A DNA stretch of 64,000 bases from assembly GCA_963736185.1 (NCBI GenBank), contig CAVTNZ010000011.1, forward strand, positions 4,912 to 68,911. Reading direction: 5' to 3'. Every line of letters begins with the position of its first letter. The first letter of the stretch is position 1. The notes below the pieces were generated by a model. That model saw nothing but the letters and a program-made list of their open reading frames with translations, searched no databases and was not told the DNA's origin. The position numbers and the translations under genes are program-made. Shown piece after piece: positions 45,815 through 58,099 of the stretch. The stretch comes from an uncultured Gammaproteobacteria bacterium. Its GTDB lineage: Bacteria > Pseudomonadota > Gammaproteobacteria > Steroidobacterales > Steroidobacteraceae.

Positions 45815-48708
45815 GAACCCGTCCTAGTGTGAGCCGTCGCCGGGAGGCGCATCGTCTGTCGTGAAGTTTCTTCCGGCGGAACGCCCTGCAGAGCGGCGGT
45901 GACCAGATTCTTCTGCTGTTGCTCGTGCAGGCTGGAGATGCCGGTCGCGGGCGCGGCGGCGCCGCGGCGGCCGGCGTACAGGAGCTCGTCCTTCGGACCG
46001 AGCGGGGCCTGCAGCCGATGGCGTATCTGGTACCAGCCGCCTTGATTCTGCGGCTCCTCCTGGCACCAGACGATCTCGCGTGCATTCTCGTACTTGCGCA
46101 GGATCGACTCGTACTCCTCCGAGGGGAACGGGTACATCTGCTCGAGACGCACGATCGCGACGGCGTTGGTCTTCGCCTCGCGCCGTGCCTTCAACAGATC
46201 GAAATACACCTTGCCGCTGCAGAGCACGACGCGGGTGACCGCCGACGCATCGAGGTCGTCAACGTCATCGATCATGGTCTTGAAGCCGCCGCCGGCGAGC
46301 TCCTCCAGGCGCGACACCGAGAGCGGATGACGCAACAGGCTTTTCGGCGTCATGATGATGAGCGGCTTTCTCAGCGGCCGCACCATCTGCCGGCGCAGCA
46401 TGTGGAACATCTGCGCGGGTGTCGAAGGCACGCACACCTGGATGTTGTATTCGGCGCAAAGCTGCAGGAACCGCTCCAGCCTGGCGGAGGAATGCTCGGG
46501 GCCCTGGCCCTCGTAACCGTGCGGAAGGAATAGCGTGAGTCCGGACAACCGACCCCATTTGGCTTCGCCCGAACTGATGAACTGGTCGATGATGACCTGC
46601 GCACCGTTCGCGAAATCGCCGAACTGACCCTCCCAGATGGTCAGGCAACGGGGCTCGGTGGTCGAGAACCCGTACTCGAACCCCATCACGGCTTCCTCCG
46701 AGAGCACGGAGTCGGTGACGGTGAAGGTCGGCTGGCTGCTCGCAAGGTGTTGCAAGGGAACGTAGGTCCTGCCCGTGGTCTGATCGTGCAGCACCGCATG
46801 GCGGTGAAAGAAGGTCCCGCGGCCGCTGTCCTGGCCCGTCAGCCGCACCGGATACCCCTCCTGGATGAGGCTCGCGTAGGCGAGATTCTCGGCGCATCCC
46901 CAATCGAGCGCGAGCTCCCCCGCCACCATGCGCTCGCGCGCCTGCATGATGGCGAGCACTCGGGGCTGCAGCGTCCAATCGGCCGGGTAGGTGGTGATCG
47001 CCTTGCCCAGCGCCCGCAATCTCTGCATGTCGACCGCGGTCTTCACCGGCTCCGACCAATCGGCGCCGAGATATTCGCTCCAATCGACGGTGTACTTGTT
47101 GCCGATGAGGCCGAGTGCGGCGCGCGCCTGCGGTTTGCCCTCGTCCAGACCCGCACGATACTGATCCATCATCGCGGCGGCATCCGCCGGGGCGATCACG
47201 CCCTGCGCCGCCAGCTTGTCCGCATACAGCTGGCGCGCGGTCGGTTTCTTGCGGATCACCCGATACATCAACGGCTGGGTCGCCGCCGGCTCGTCGGCCT
47301 CGTTGTGGCCGTGACGGCGATAGCACACCAGATCGATGACCACGTCCTTGTGGAACTTGCGCCGGTAGGCGAGCGCGAAATGCGTGACGAAGCAGACCGC
47401 CTCGGGATCGTCGGCGTTGACATGGAAGATCGGCGCCTCGATCATCTTCGCGACATCCGAGCAATACAGCGTGGACCGCGCGTCGCGCGGATTCGAGGTG
47501 GTGAAACCGACCTGGTTGTTGATGATGATGTGAACCGAGCCGCCCGTGTAGAAGCCCCGGGCCTGCGACAGCTGCATCGTCTCCATCACCACGCCCTGAC
47601 CCGCGAAGGCGGCGTCGCCGTGAATCTGCACCGCGAGCACCTTGTCGCCCTTGGCGTCGCCGCGACGCTCCTGACGCGCCCGCACCGAGCCCTCCACCAC
47701 GGGGTTCACCACCTCGAGGTGGGAGGGGTTGAACGCGAGCGCGACATGAACGTTGCCGGCCGGGGTCTTCAAGTCCGCGGAGAATCCCTTGTGATACTTC
47801 ACGTCGCCCGAGCCCCGCAGCAGCTGGAGGTCGTAATGGCCCTCGAACTCGATGAAAAGATCCTTCGGCGACTTGCCCAGCAGGTTCACCAGCACGTTGA
47901 GGCGCCCCCGGTGCGCCATGCCGATGACGGTCTCCTCGATGCCGGCGCGCCCCTCCTGCTGCACGAGCTCGTCGAGCAGCGGGATGAGGCTGTCGCCACC
48001 CTCGAGCGAGAAGCGCTTCTGGCCGACGTACTTGGTATGCAGATAGCGCTCCAGCCCCTCGGCGGCCGTGAGCTGCCAGAGAATGTTCTTTTTCTCCTCC
48101 GCGTTGAAGCGATGCTGAACCCGCTCTGCCTGGAAATTATCCTGCAGCCACAGCCGCTCCTCGGTATCCGAGACGTGCGCGAATTCGGCTCCGATGGTGT
48201 CGCAATAGATGAATCTGAGGGTGGCGAGAATGTCGTTGAGCTTGCTGCGGGCCGGCAGCGCCGCGGTGCGGCTGCCGGTGAAGAATTCGGTCTGCATGTC
48301 CGCCTCCGACAGACCGAAATATTTGGGGTCGAGAATGTAGGGCATGGCGCGCGGCGACAGGCCCAACGGGTCGAGGTTCGCGATCAGGTGGCCGCGATTC
48401 GCATACACCTGGATCAGGCGCGACACGGCCGCCTGTTTGGCGCTGGCGGCTCCGGCCGAGTCGCCGACCGCGGCCGCAGCGCCGGGCGCCGGCCTTTGCA
48501 GTTGCGCCGCGAGGCGCTCGCGGATCTGCCGGTGAGTTCCGGCGGCGCCGGGCGCCGCACCCCCCGCGAGACCCGCGAAGCAGCGTGCCCAGCCCGGATC
48601 GACCGAGTCCGGGTCTTTCAGAAACTGTTCGTAGAGATCCTCGACGAAATCGGCGTTTCCACCATACAAGGCCGTGGTGGCGAATTGATCGGCCAGTGAG
48701 TCGCTCAT
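45811..48708 (-). CDS. sucA: 2-oxoglutarate dehydrogenase E1 component
   Basis: 965 aa. [33 protein letters not shown] and the rest are typical of SucA. ATGA overlap with sucB. Confidence 0.92.
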   Translation of the reverse strand: MSDSLADQFATTALYGGNADFVEDLYEQFLKDPDSVDPGWARCFAGLAGGAAPGAAGTHRQIRERLAAQLQRPAPGAAAAVGDSAGAASAKQAAVSRLIQVYANRGHLIANLDPLGLSPRAMPYILDPKYFGLSEADMQTEFFTGSRTAALPARSKLNDILATLRFIYCDTIGAEFAHVSDTEERLWLQDNFQAERVQHRFNAEEKKNILWQLTAAEGLERYLHTKYVGQKRFSLEGGDSLIPLLDELVQQEGRAGIEETVIGMAHRGRLNVLVNLLGKSPKDLFIEFEGHYDLQLLRGSGDVKYHKGFSADLKTPAGNVHVALAFNPSHLEVVNPVVEGSVRARQERRGDAKGDKVLAVQIHGDAAFAGQGVVMETMQLSQARGFYTGGSVHIIINNQVGFTTSNPRDARSTLYCSDVAKMIEAPIFHVNADDPEAVCFVTHFALAYRRKFHKDVVIDLVCYRRHGHNEADEPAATQPLMYRVIRKKPTARQLYADKLAAQGVIAPADAAAMMDQYRAGLDEGKPQARAALGLIGNKYTVDWSEYLGADWSEPVKTAVDMQRLRALGKAITTYPADWTLQPRVLAIMQARERMVAGELALDWGCAENLAYASLIQEGYPVRLTGQDSGRGTFFHRHAVLHDQTTGRTYVPLQHLASSQPTFTVTDSVLSEEAVMGFEYGFSTTEPRCLTIWEGQFGDFANGAQVIIDQFISSGEAKWGRLSGLTLFLPHGYEGQGPEHSSARLERFLQLCAEYNIQVCVPSTPAQMFHMLRRQMVRPLRKPLIIMTPKSLLRHPLSVSRLEELAGGGFKTMIDDVDDLDASAVTRVVLCSGKVYFDLLKARREAKTNAVAIVRLEQMYPFPSEEYESILRKYENAREIVWCQEEPQNQGGWYQIRHRLQAPLGPKDELLYAGRRGAAAPATGISSLHEQQQKNLVTAALQGVPPEETSRQTMRLPATAHTRTGS

Positions 48709-48835
48709 GGGTCCTTCGGAAGGGGTGAAAACCTCAATTACATCAAGGTGATGAGCAGGAAAAGAAATCGAAAAAATCAGGCATGCAGTTTAGCCCAATG
48801 GGGCACAATATGGAATGTGACGCAGGCCGCCGAAC

Positions 48836-49459
48836 CTACAGAATGTAGACGTCCGCGAACTGCCGCAGCATCCCCATCTCGTGCCCGATGAGGACGAGAT
48901 AGGCCGCCAAGATGCAATACAAGATCACCTCGACCTTCAGCACCCGCATGAACCGATAGCCCGCCAGCAGCACCATCAGTGCGACGCCGACTCCGGTGAT
49001 CGTCATCTTGAGTCCCGCGAACACGGCCACATTGCCCTGCACGAACAGCCTCATGAAGGGATTGACCTCCACGGCCCCGTCGGACAACAGCTTCAGGGTC
49101 AGAAATGCGTCCACCACGCTCAATATCAAGATGAAGATCGACACCGCCCAGAGGTGGGTGGCGTGCCAGTCGAGCACGTGGAACCGGCCGTCCTGCACGC
49201 GCCGGGCGGGACGGCGGCGGCGGGGCCGGACGCTGCCGTACAGCAGCGACCACCAGATGCGCTGGCGCCGGTCCGGCCGAGTTCTGCGATCCAGCGCTTC
49301 CCGGCTTCCCGCCGCCTGCGCGGCGGCAAAATCGTCGGGAGTCGGCGGGAGGCAGCTCATCGAACCACTATCCCGATTTCGCGGCCGGTCGGGCAGGCGA
49401 TGAGTCATAATACGGGCCGCCGCGGCGCATTTTTTGCCGCTCCTCACGGGGTCGAACAC
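48836..49459 (-). CDS. DUF5658-like membrane protein with an Arg-rich N-terminal region
   Basis: 207-aa ORF (start uncertain; MSCLPP at ~49360 is an alternative). SVVDAFLTLKLLSDGAVEVNPFM plus further TM helices resemble DUF5658 as I recall it. Confidence 0.5.
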   Translation of the reverse strand: MFDPVRSGKKCAAAARIMTHRLPDRPRNRDSGSMSCLPPTPDDFAAAQAAGSREALDRRTRPDRRQRIWWSLLYGSVRPRRRRPARRVQDGRFHVLDWHATHLWAVSIFILILSVVDAFLTLKLLSDGAVEVNPFMRLFVQGNVAVFAGLKMTITGVGVALMVLLAGYRFMRVLKVEVILYCILAAYLVLIGHEMGMLRQFADVYIL

Positions 49460-49471
49460 GCGGCGCGCAGA

Positions 49472-50908
49472 TCACGCCGCGCTCACCATCTGCGCCATGA
49501 AATCGCCGACGTTCATGGCCGAGAGGGCCGCGCGGTCGGCGAACATCCGTTTGATCGATTCGGCCTGCTTCGCGCCGAAATGCGCACCGACGCTGGCCTC
49601 GAACTTCTTGACCAGCACCGGCATACCCTCGGCGCGGCGCTTGCGATGCCCGATGGGATAGTCCACCTGAATGCGCGGGCTCGAGCTGCCGTCGTCGAAG
49701 TGCACCTGCACCGCGTTGCCGATGTAGCGCTTGTCGGCCGCGTAGTACTCCTGCGTGAACGCCGCGTTCTCGCGGACCTCCGTTTTGGCCCGAAGCGCAT
49801 CCACCCGCGGGTCGCGCGCGATCTCGTCCTCGTAATCCGCCGCCGTGAGCCGGCCGAACAACAGCGGAATGGCGACCATGTATTGGATGCAGTGATCCCG
49901 ATCGGCGGGATTCGCCAGGGGTCCGGTCTTGTCGATGATGCGCACCCCCGGTTCCTGCGTCTCGATGGTCACCCGGCTCACCCGGTCCAGACGGTCGCGC
50001 ACCTGGGGGTGCAGGGTCATCGCCGCCTCCACCGCCGTCTGAGCGTGAAATTCGGCCGGAAACGAGATCTTGAACAGGATGTTCTCCATCACGTAGCTGC
50101 CGAACGCCTGCGGCGCCGCCAATGCCCTGCCCTTGAACAACACGTCCTGGAAGCCCCAGGTCTTGGCGCTGAGCGCGGACGGATAGCCCATTTCGCCCTT
50201 GAGCGCGAACAGCGCATGGCGCACCGCGCGGCTGGTCGCATCGCCCGCCGCCCAGCTCTTGCGCGAACCCGTGTTGGGTGCGTGCCGATAGGTGCGCAGC
50301 GCCCCACCGTCGATCCAGGCGTTCGAGACCGCGTTGATGATCTGATCGCGGCTGCCGCCCAGCATCGCCGTCACGACCGCGGTGGATGCGACGCGCACCA
50401 GCAACACATGATCCAGGCCCACGCGGTTGAAGCTGTTCTCCAGGGCGAGAACGCCCTGGATCTCGTGCGCCTTGATCATGCCGGTGAGCACATCGCGCAC
50501 CTTGAGCGACCGGCCGCTGCGCGACAGATAATCCGCGGTCGCGAGGATGCCGCCCAGGTTGTCGGACGGGTGGCCCCATTCCGCCGCGAGCCAGGTGTCG
50601 TTGAAATCGAGCCACCGGATCATGGCGCCGATGTTGAAGGCCGCATTGATGGGATCGAGCTCGTAGGAGGTGCCGGGAACGCGCGCGCCGCCCTGGAGGG
50701 TCGCGCCCGGAACCACCGGCCCGAGCAGTTTGGTGCACGCCGGATACTTCAGCGCCTGGAAGCCGCAGGCCAGGGTGTCCATGAGACAGTAGCCGGCGGT
50801 TTCATACGCGAGATCGCTCTTGATCTCGTGGCCCGACGCGTAGTCCGCGATCGCCGCCAGCAGGGAGTCGGGAGCCGGCCGCTCGGCCGACTTGATATCG
50901 TGTGACAT
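49472..50908 (-). CDS. prpD: 2-methylcitrate dehydratase
   Basis: Last 478 codons of ORF 49472-51550, with the start at [11 protein letters not shown] (ATG 50908-50906). MmgE/PrpD family throughout. Confidence 0.9.
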   Translation of the reverse strand: MSHDIKSAERPAPDSLLAAIADYASGHEIKSDLAYETAGYCLMDTLACGFQALKYPACTKLLGPVVPGATLQGGARVPGTSYELDPINAAFNIGAMIRWLDFNDTWLAAEWGHPSDNLGGILATADYLSRSGRSLKVRDVLTGMIKAHEIQGVLALENSFNRVGLDHVLLVRVASTAVVTAMLGGSRDQIINAVSNAWIDGGALRTYRHAPNTGSRKSWAAGDATSRAVRHALFALKGEMGYPSALSAKTWGFQDVLFKGRALAAPQAFGSYVMENILFKISFPAEFHAQTAVEAAMTLHPQVRDRLDRVSRVTIETQEPGVRIIDKTGPLANPADRDHCIQYMVAIPLLFGRLTAADYEDEIARDPRVDALRAKTEVRENAAFTQEYYAADKRYIGNAVQVHFDDGSSSPRIQVDYPIGHRKRRAEGMPVLVKKFEASVGAHFGAKQAESIKRMFADRAALSAMNVGDFMAQMVSAA

Positions 50909-50934
50909 GAATGCCTTTTCTTCTCGCGTCCGCT

Positions 50935-52107
50935 CTAAGGACGCCTCTCCAGGGGCTGAAATTCCATATTCTCCGGGCCCGTGTAATTGGCGCTCGGGCG
51001 GATGATCTTGCCGTCGATGCGCTGTTCGATGACGTGCGCCGCCCAACCGGAAGTGCGGCTCATCACGAACAGCGGCGTGAACATGGCGGTGGGCACCCCC
51101 ATGAGATGGTAGGACACCGCCGAATACCAATCCAGGTTCGGGAACATGTTCTTGGCGCTCTTCATGACCGCCTCGATGCGCTCCGCGACCCGGTAGCCCT
51201 TCAAGTCCCCGGCCGCCTCCGCGAGCGTGCGCGAGACCTCCTTGATGATCTGGTTGCGCGGATCGGCGATCGTGTAGACCGGATGCCCGAAGCCGATGAT
51301 GACTTCCTTTGCCGCAATCCGGCGCCTGATGTCGTCTTCCGCATCGTCCGGCGAGGCATAGCGCCGTTGAATCTCGAAGGCCACCTCGTTGGCGCCGCCG
51401 TGCTTGGGCCCCCGCAGCGCGCCGATCGCGCCGGCCTCGCAGGAATAGAGGTCCGAGCCCGTGCCGGCAATGACCCTGGCGGTGAAGGTCGAGGCGTTGA
51501 ATTCGTGCTCCGCATACAGATTGAGCGAGGTGTGCATGGCGCGCACCCACTCCTTCGGGGGCTTCTTCCCGTGCAGCAGATGCAGAAAATGCGCGCCGAT
51601 GGAGTCATCGTCGGTCTGGAGCTCGATGCGCCTTGCGCCGGTGGCGAAGTGATGCCAGTAGCAGAGCATCGAGCCCAGCGAGGCGAGCAGGCGATCCGCG
51701 ATGTCGCGCGCCGCCCCGATGGGATGGGCCTCGGCCTCGGGCTCCACGCACCCGAGCGCGGACACCCCGGTGCGCATCACGTCCATCGGATGGCTCGATG
51801 CGGGCAATTGCTCGAGGATCGTGAGCACCGCCTTGGGCGGAACCCGCAGACTCCTGAGCTTGGCCTTGTAGGCGGCGAGTTCCGAGCGGTTCGGAAGCTT
51901 CTCGTGCACCAGAAGGTGGGCGATCTCCTCGAATTCGCACTGCGTGGCGATATCGAGGATGTCGAATCCGCGGTAGTGCAGATCGTTGCCGCTTCGCCCC
52001 ACCGTGCAGAGCGCGGTGTTGCCGGCGGGAACGCCGGACAGCGCCACCGATTTCTTCGGCTTGAGTCCCGTCGGCGACGTGGCCGCCGCAGCCTGCGTTT
52101 CGCTCAT
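50935..52107 (-). CDS. prpC: 2-methylcitrate synthase
   Basis: Last 390 codons of ORF 50935-52725, with the start at [12 protein letters not shown] (ATG 52107-52105, overlapping the prpB stop). Citrate-synthase motifs [13 protein letters not shown] and GFGHPVY. Confidence 0.9.
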   Translation of the reverse strand: MSETQAAAATSPTGLKPKKSVALSGVPAGNTALCTVGRSGNDLHYRGFDILDIATQCEFEEIAHLLVHEKLPNRSELAAYKAKLRSLRVPPKAVLTILEQLPASSHPMDVMRTGVSALGCVEPEAEAHPIGAARDIADRLLASLGSMLCYWHHFATGARRIELQTDDDSIGAHFLHLLHGKKPPKEWVRAMHTSLNLYAEHEFNASTFTARVIAGTGSDLYSCEAGAIGALRGPKHGGANEVAFEIQRRYASPDDAEDDIRRRIAAKEVIIGFGHPVYTIADPRNQIIKEVSRTLAEAAGDLKGYRVAERIEAVMKSAKNMFPNLDWYSAVSYHLMGVPTAMFTPLFVMSRTSGWAAHVIEQRIDGKIIRPSANYTGPENMEFQPLERRP

Positions 52108-53012
52108 TTCTCTTTCCCCTCTCGGAACAGTTCGTCGAGCTTGGCCTCGTAGGAGTGATAATCGAGGTACTTGTACAGATCGGCCCTGCTCTGCATTCGA
52201 TCGATGACGTTCTTCTGGGTTCCATCGCGGCGGATGGCCTCGTAGGTCGCGAGCGCGGCCGCGTTCATGGCGCGATAGGCGGAACAGCAATAAAGCACCA
52301 CGTCCACCCCCGCGGACCCGAGTTCGTCGCGCGTGTACAGCGGCGTGTGCCCGAATTCCGTGATGTTGGCGAGGATGGGGACGTCGACGGCCTGCTTGAA
52401 GCGACGGTACATGCCGAGGTCGGTCATCGCCTCCGGAAAGATCATGTCCGCGCCGGCCTCGACGCACGCGACCGCGCGCTCGACGGCCCTGTCGATCCCC
52501 TCGACCGCCAACGCATCGGTCCGCGCCATCACCACGAAGCCGGCATCGGTGCGCGCATCGACGGCCGCCTTCACGCGATCGACCATTTCCTCCCGGCTGA
52601 CGACTTCCTTGCCGGGCCGGTGACCGCAGCGCTTGGCCTGGACCTGATCCTCGATGTGCAGGCCGGCGGCACCGAACTTGATGAACGATTTGACGGTGCG
52701 GGCGATGTTGAACGCGCCACCCCACCCGGTGTCCGCGTCCACGAGGAGCGGCAGCGGACAGGCATCGGTGATGCGGCGGATGTCGGTCAGCACGTCATCC
52801 AGGGTGCTGATGCCGAGATCGGGAACGCCCAGCGAGTTCGCGGCAACTCCGCCGCCCGACAGATACAGCGCCTTGAAGCCCGAGGCGGCCGCCAGGCGGG
52901 CGGTATAGGCGGTGATGGCCCCAACGACCTGCAGCGGATGCTCCTCGGCGACGGCGGCGCGCAAACGGGCGCCCGGGGACATCGGGGATGGGATGCTGTT
53001 CGGTATCGCCAT
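52104..53012 (-). CDS. prpB: methylisocitrate lyase
   Basis: 302 aa with [11 protein letters not shown] and the active-site loop KRCGHRPGK. Confidence 0.9.
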   Translation of the reverse strand: MAIPNSIPSPMSPGARLRAAVAEEHPLQVVGAITAYTARLAAASGFKALYLSGGGVAANSLGVPDLGISTLDDVLTDIRRITDACPLPLLVDADTGWGGAFNIARTVKSFIKFGAAGLHIEDQVQAKRCGHRPGKEVVSREEMVDRVKAAVDARTDAGFVVMARTDALAVEGIDRAVERAVACVEAGADMIFPEAMTDLGMYRRFKQAVDVPILANITEFGHTPLYTRDELGSAGVDVVLYCCSAYRAMNAAALATYEAIRRDGTQKNVIDRMQSRADLYKYLDYHSYEAKLDELFREGKEK

Positions 53013-53142
53013 GATCTTGAATTCCTACAGGATGGAAACTATAGAGCCATCGCCGCCGCGGCCGGGTGACAAAATCGATCAAATCGTCTGAGCGATTTTG
53101 CAACACCGCATCCCGCCCGGATGGCGGACGCGCCGCTGCGGC

Positions 53143-54204
53143 TCATCCCTGCTGGCCGCGCCGAAATTCACCGGGGGAGGCGCCGGTCCATTTCTGAAAC
53201 GCGCGATGGAACGCACTGCGCTCGGAAAATCCCAACTCCAGGGCGATGTCCACCACGCTTCGGTCCGAGTCGCTCAGGTAGCTGATCGCCAGATCGCGGC
53301 GCAGCTGATCCTTGATTCCCTGATACGTCGCGCCCTCCTCGTGCAAACGCCGCCGCAATGTCGCGGCGGTCATGTTCAGCTCCGCGGCGAGGGTGTCGAA
53401 ATCCGGCACCTCCCCGGGGAGCCGCTGGCGCAACCGGCGGCGGATGCGCGCGCTCACGCTGCTGCCGTTCTTGTACTTGGTCACGATGTTCTCGGGGGCG
53501 GTGCGCAGGAACTCCTTGATGCTGCGCTCGTCCTGCACCACGGGCAAACCGAGGTAGCTCGCATCGAAGGCGATGCCGGTGAACGGGGCATCGAAGCTCA
53601 GATCGTTCGAGAACATCACCCGGTATTCGTCGCTGTGCGGCGGCTGCGGGTAGCAGAATTGCGCGCGAAGGATCGGTATCCTCCGGCCGACCAGCCAGCA
53701 GGCGACCCCATGCAATAAAAGGAGCAGCACCTCCTGGCCGAAAACCCGGTGCGGCCGGACCTCACGCCGTTCGCGCAGCACCAGGGTGGCTTCGCCATCG
53801 TCGCACTCCAACGACCCCGCGATGTCGTCGAGGATGAGCCCATAGAAGCGCAGGCTGCGCTCCAGCGCATGACCCAGCGTCCGGCAACTCAGCACCGAAT
53901 GACACAGCATGGCGAAGCTGCCCGACTTCATCCGCCGCGAGTCCTGACCGAAAAACTCGTCGTCCAGCGTCACCGCGATCAGACGCCACAATTTTCCATA
54001 GTGTTCGGCGGAGACCCGCGCATGCGGGCTTTGCAGCAGCGTCGGCGACAATCCCACGGCGATCAGGAGCTCGTCCGCGTCCAGCCGGCGGGCCCGGACC
54101 GCCTCGAGCGCCGCCGCGACGAAACAGATCGCCACCGTGCCCGGCTCCGGCCGGCCGGCAGGGGCGGAGTGGCCCGGAAACAGGTCGATCGATGACTCCC
54201 GCAT
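53143..54204 (-). CDS. AraC-family transcriptional regulator
   Basis: 353 aa with the C-terminal AraC HTH (VVDIALELGFSERSAFHRAFQKWTGASPGEFRR). Divergent from mmsA. Confidence 0.8.
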   Translation of the reverse strand: MRESSIDLFPGHSAPAGRPEPGTVAICFVAAALEAVRARRLDADELLIAVGLSPTLLQSPHARVSAEHYGKLWRLIAVTLDDEFFGQDSRRMKSGSFAMLCHSVLSCRTLGHALERSLRFYGLILDDIAGSLECDDGEATLVLRERREVRPHRVFGQEVLLLLLHGVACWLVGRRIPILRAQFCYPQPPHSDEYRVMFSNDLSFDAPFTGIAFDASYLGLPVVQDERSIKEFLRTAPENIVTKYKNGSSVSARIRRRLRQRLPGEVPDFDTLAAELNMTAATLRRRLHEEGATYQGIKDQLRRDLAISYLSDSDRSVVDIALELGFSERSAFHRAFQKWTGASPGEFRRGQQG

Positions 54205-54304
54205 GGAGGCGGTAGTTTACGCGATGCAGAGGGCCTAATATATGCGTGTCCTGGCCCGAGCCGCTGCGCTCGGGCCGTTACGTCAATCGGAAGGGGTATT
54301 CTCA

Positions 54305-55831
54305 ATGACCAGCTCTGTCGCGGCGCTCAAACCGCAAGCACCCACCGTCAAAATGCTGCTCGACGGCAAGTTCATCGACTCGAAGTCCACCGAGTGGCAC
54401 GACGTGGTCAATCCGGCGACCCAGGAAGTGCTCGCTCAGGTGCCGTTCGCGACCGATGCGGAGATCGATGCGGCGGTGGCCTCGGCCAAGGCGGCGTTCA
54501 AGACGTGGAAGAACACGCCGATCGCGGCGCGTGCCCGGATCATGCTGAAGCTGCAGGCGCTGGTGCGCGAAAACATGAGCCGCATCGCGCAGACGCTGTC
54601 GGCGGAACAGGGAAAGACCCTCGCCGACGCGGAGGGCGACGTGTTCCGCGGCCTCGAAGTGGTGGAGCATGCCTGCTCGATCGGCACGCTGCAGCTCGGC
54701 GAGTTCGCCGAAAACGTGGCCGGCGGCGTCGACACCTACACCATGCGCCAGCCCATCGGCGTGTGCGTCGGGATTTCGCCGTTCAATTTTCCCGCAATGA
54801 TTCCGCTGTGGATGTTCCCGATGGCGATCGTGTGCGGCAACACGTTCGTGCTGAAGCCCTCAGAGCAGGATCCCATGACCCCCATGCTGCTCGCCGAGCT
54901 CGTGCTGCAGGCCGGGGTCCCGCCCGGCGTGCTCAACATCGTCCATGGCGGCAGGCGCTCGGTGGAGCTGTTGTGCACGCATCGCGACGTGGCGGCGGTG
55001 TCCTTCGTCGGATCCACGACCGTCGGTACGCTGGTTTACAACATGGCATCCCAGCACGGCAAACGGGTGCAATGCATGATGGGCGCCAAGAACCACGCGG
55101 TGGTCATGCCCGATGCGAACAAGGATCACGCGCTCAACGCCCTCGTGGGCGCCACCTTCGGCGCGGCCGGTCAGCGCTGCATGGCCACCTCGGTGACCGT
55201 GCTGGTCGGCGAGGCGAAGAACTGGATTCCGGACATCGTCGCGAAAGCGAGGACCCTGAAGGTGAGCGCGGGAACCGAGAAAGGCGCGGACCTCGGACCG
55301 GTGGTGTCGAAAAGCGCGAAGAACCGCGTTCTCGGCCTCATCGACGACGGCGTGAAGGAGGGCGCGAAGCTCGAGCTCGACGGCCGTTCCATCAAGGTGG
55401 CGGGCTTCGAACAGGGCAACTTCATCGGCCCGACGATATTCTCGGGCGTCAAGCCCGACATGAAGATCTACACCACCGAGATATTCGGCCCGGTGATGGT
55501 GGTCCTCTGCGTCAATTCGCTGGACGAGGCGATAGCGCTGATCAACGACAACCCCATGGGCAATGGAACCGGAATTTTCACGCAAAGCGGCGCCGCGGCC
55601 CGCAAGTTCCAGAGCGAGATCGATGTCGGCCAGGTCGGCATCAACGTGCCGATCCCCGTGCCGGTCCCCTTCTTCAGCTTCACCGGTTCGCGCGGCTCGA
55701 AGTTGGGCGATCTCGGGCCCTACGGCAAGCAGGCGGTGCAGTTCTACACGCAGACCAAGACCATCACCACGCGTTGGTTCGACGATGCGACCGTATCGAG
55801 CGGCGTGAACACCACCATCAGCCTGAAGTGA
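54305..55831 (+). CDS. mmsA: methylmalonate-semialdehyde dehydrogenase (CoA-acylating)
   Basis: ORF 54242-55831, with the start placed at [10 protein letters not shown] (ATG 54305). MmsA-typical [32 protein letters not shown] and catalytic GQRCMA. Confidence 0.9.
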   Translation: MTSSVAALKPQAPTVKMLLDGKFIDSKSTEWHDVVNPATQEVLAQVPFATDAEIDAAVASAKAAFKTWKNTPIAARARIMLKLQALVRENMSRIAQTLSAEQGKTLADAEGDVFRGLEVVEHACSIGTLQLGEFAENVAGGVDTYTMRQPIGVCVGISPFNFPAMIPLWMFPMAIVCGNTFVLKPSEQDPMTPMLLAELVLQAGVPPGVLNIVHGGRRSVELLCTHRDVAAVSFVGSTTVGTLVYNMASQHGKRVQCMMGAKNHAVVMPDANKDHALNALVGATFGAAGQRCMATSVTVLVGEAKNWIPDIVAKARTLKVSAGTEKGADLGPVVSKSAKNRVLGLIDDGVKEGAKLELDGRSIKVAGFEQGNFIGPTIFSGVKPDMKIYTTEIFGPVMVVLCVNSLDEAIALINDNPMGNGTGIFTQSGAAARKFQSEIDVGQVGINVPIPVPVPFFSFTGSRGSKLGDLGPYGKQAVQFYTQTKTITTRWFDDATVSSGVNTTISLK

Positions 55832-56589
55832 GAATCGAGGATACAGCGGCCGTCGTCAGCGGCGGCGCTTCCGGATTGGGACGGGCCGTCGCCGAGCGCA
55901 TCGTGGCGCAGGGCGGACGCGCCGTCATCCTCGACGTGCAGGAGGAGGCCGGACAGGCCGCCGCGCGCGAGATCGGCGCGACTTTCGTGAAATGCGACGT
56001 GAGCTCCGAACCGGAGGTCGACGCGGCGATGGGGCGCGCCCGGCAGACCCTCGGACGCATCGACCTGCTGGTGAATTGCGCGGGCATCATCGGCGCGGGG
56101 AAGCTCCTCGGCCGCGAGGGACCGATGGCCGGCGCATTCTTCGAGAAGGTGGTCCGCGTCAATCTGATCGGAACCTTTCTGTGCGACAAGGCCGCCGCGG
56201 CCGTAATGCGCGACAACACGCCCAACGAGGAGGGCGAGCGCGGGTTGTTGATTCACACCGCCTCGGTGGCCGCTTATGAGGGACAGATCGGCCAGGTGGC
56301 CTACGCGGCAACCAAGGCGGCCATCGTCGGAATGACCCTGCCGATCGCGCGCGAGCTCGCCGGACTCGGCATCCGCTGCGTCTCGATCGCGCCCGGGATC
56401 TTCATGACGCCGATGCTCGCGAGCGTTTCCAAGGAGGTTCAGGAATCGCTAGGCGCCCAGGTGCCCTTTCCTCCCCGCCTGGGCAGGCCCGAGGAGTTCG
56501 CCCGGCTGGTGCAATCCATCATCGAGATTTCGACCTTGAACGGCGAGGTGATCCGTCTGGACGGCGCCATTCGGATGCAGCCGCGCTAG
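55828..56589 (+). CDS. short-chain dehydrogenase, 3-hydroxyacyl-CoA dehydrogenase type-2-like
   Basis: Last 253 codons of ORF 54394-56589, with a GTG start at 55828 overlapping the mmsA stop. [12 protein letters not shown] (TGxxxGxG), catalytic Y-x3-K (YAATKAA), and a C-terminus ...[13 protein letters not shown] like HADH2-type enzymes. Confidence 0.78.
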   Translation: MRIEDTAAVVSGGASGLGRAVAERIVAQGGRAVILDVQEEAGQAAAREIGATFVKCDVSSEPEVDAAMGRARQTLGRIDLLVNCAGIIGAGKLLGREGPMAGAFFEKVVRVNLIGTFLCDKAAAAVMRDNTPNEEGERGLLIHTASVAAYEGQIGQVAYAATKAAIVGMTLPIARELAGLGIRCVSIAPGIFMTPMLASVSKEVQESLGAQVPFPPRLGRPEEFARLVQSIIEISTLNGEVIRLDGAIRMQPR

Positions 56590-58082
56590 TGGCCGCCGTC
56601 ATCGCCGTGGACGAGGCGGCTCCGGGCGGACGGGAGCTCCACCGCGGCATCGGTTCGCGGCAGCTCGGCATGATCGCCATCGGCGGTGCCATCGGCACCG
56701 GGCTTTTCTTCGCCAGCGGAAGCGCGATCTCGCAGGCCGGCCCCGGCGGCGCGATGCTGGCCTACGCCATCATGGGCTTTGCCGTCTACTGCATGATGCA
56801 ATCGCTGGGCGAAATGGCGACCCAGCTGCCGATCCGCGGCTCCTTCGAAACCTACGCGGAACGCTTCGTCGATCCCTCCCTCGGTTTCGCGGTCGGCTGG
56901 AACTACTGGTTCAGCTGGGCCATCACCCTGGCGGCGGAGCTCGTGGCCGGTTCGCTGATCGTCAAATTCTGGTTCCCGCATTCCAGCTCGACGTACTGGG
57001 CGATGGGATTTTTCTCCCTGCTGCTGGCTCTCAACCTGCTTTCGGTGAAGGCCTATGCCGAGGCCGAGTACTGGTTCGCGAGCATCAAGGTCGCGACGGT
57101 TCTGATCTTTCTTCTGGTCGGCGTGCTGATGATCGCGGGGCTCCTGGGCGACCACAACGGCGGTTTCGCGAATTGGACGCTGGAGGACGCCGCCGGCGGC
57201 ACGCGGGCGCCGTTCGTCGGCGGAGTGTCCTCGATGCTGCTGGTGTTCCTGGTGGCGGGTTTCGCGTTTCAGGGGACCGAGAGCGTGGGGCTGGCCGCCG
57301 CCGAGACCGACAATCCGGGCAGGAACGTGCCGAAGGCGATCAGGAGCGTGTTCTGGCGCATTCTGCTGTTCTACATCGGCTCGATCCTCGTGGTAGGCAC
57401 GCTGATCGGCTACACCAATCCCGATCTGCTGCACGGCGATGAAAGTCACGTGGCGCTCTCCCCCTTCACCATGGTGTTTCAGCATCTGCCGCGGTTCGGC
57501 TTCTATGCCGCCAGCCTCATGAACGCCGTGATCCTGTCGGCCGTCTTGTCGTGCGGAAATTCATCCATGTATGTCGCGTCGCGCATGCTGTACGCCATGG
57601 CGCACAGCGGCAAGGCGCCGCGGATGTTCGGCCGCGTCAACGCCCGCGGCGTACCCACCGCCGCCCTGCTGGTCACGGGCGCCGTCAGCGCCATGGCGTT
57701 CTTCTCGACGTTCATCGGCGATCAGAAGATCTACCAGATTTTTTACAATGCGTCGGGGCTCAGCGGCTTCCTGATCTGGCTGGGCATAGCCATCTGTCAT
57801 CTGCGCTTCCGCAGGGCGTGGGTGGCGCAGGGCCGGAGCCTCGACGAGTTGAAGTTCAGGGCGCGCTTCTATCCCTACGGCCCCTGGCTGGCGTTGATGC
57901 TGTTCGTGGTCGTGCTGTTCGGCGCCAACATCGGCGTATTCCAGACGCCGGTGTTTTCCTGGTTCGATTTCATCACCGGCTATCTGATGATCCCCGTGTT
58001 CGTCGCGCTCTATCTCGGCCACAAGTTCTGGTGCAAGACACGCCTGGTAAGGCTCGAGCACTGCAACTTCGAGATGGAATGA
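56589..58082 (+). CDS. APC-superfamily amino acid permease (LysP/AroP-like)
   Basis: 497 aa with a GTG start overlapping the preceding stop by 1 nt. It has 12 predicted TM helices and the consensus IAIGGAIGTGLFFASG. Substrate not assignable. Confidence 0.85.
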   Translation: MAAVIAVDEAAPGGRELHRGIGSRQLGMIAIGGAIGTGLFFASGSAISQAGPGGAMLAYAIMGFAVYCMMQSLGEMATQLPIRGSFETYAERFVDPSLGFAVGWNYWFSWAITLAAELVAGSLIVKFWFPHSSSTYWAMGFFSLLLALNLLSVKAYAEAEYWFASIKVATVLIFLLVGVLMIAGLLGDHNGGFANWTLEDAAGGTRAPFVGGVSSMLLVFLVAGFAFQGTESVGLAAAETDNPGRNVPKAIRSVFWRILLFYIGSILVVGTLIGYTNPDLLHGDESHVALSPFTMVFQHLPRFGFYAASLMNAVILSAVLSCGNSSMYVASRMLYAMAHSGKAPRMFGRVNARGVPTAALLVTGAVSAMAFFSTFIGDQKIYQIFYNASGLSGFLIWLGIAICHLRFRRAWVAQGRSLDELKFRARFYPYGPWLALMLFVVVLFGANIGVFQTPVFSWFDFITGYLMIPVFVALYLGHKFWCKTRLVRLEHCNFEME

Positions 58083-58099
58083 CGACGGCGATACCGCCC

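Noticed and set aside
44589-46085. N-terminal extension of the 974-aa ORF containing lpdA. The 5' extensions of the mtkB, ruvA, prpD and prpC ORFs are similar.
   Set aside because: The extensions run out of frame through the upstream genes. The real starts are the internal ATGs that overlap the upstream stop codons (ATGA junctions).
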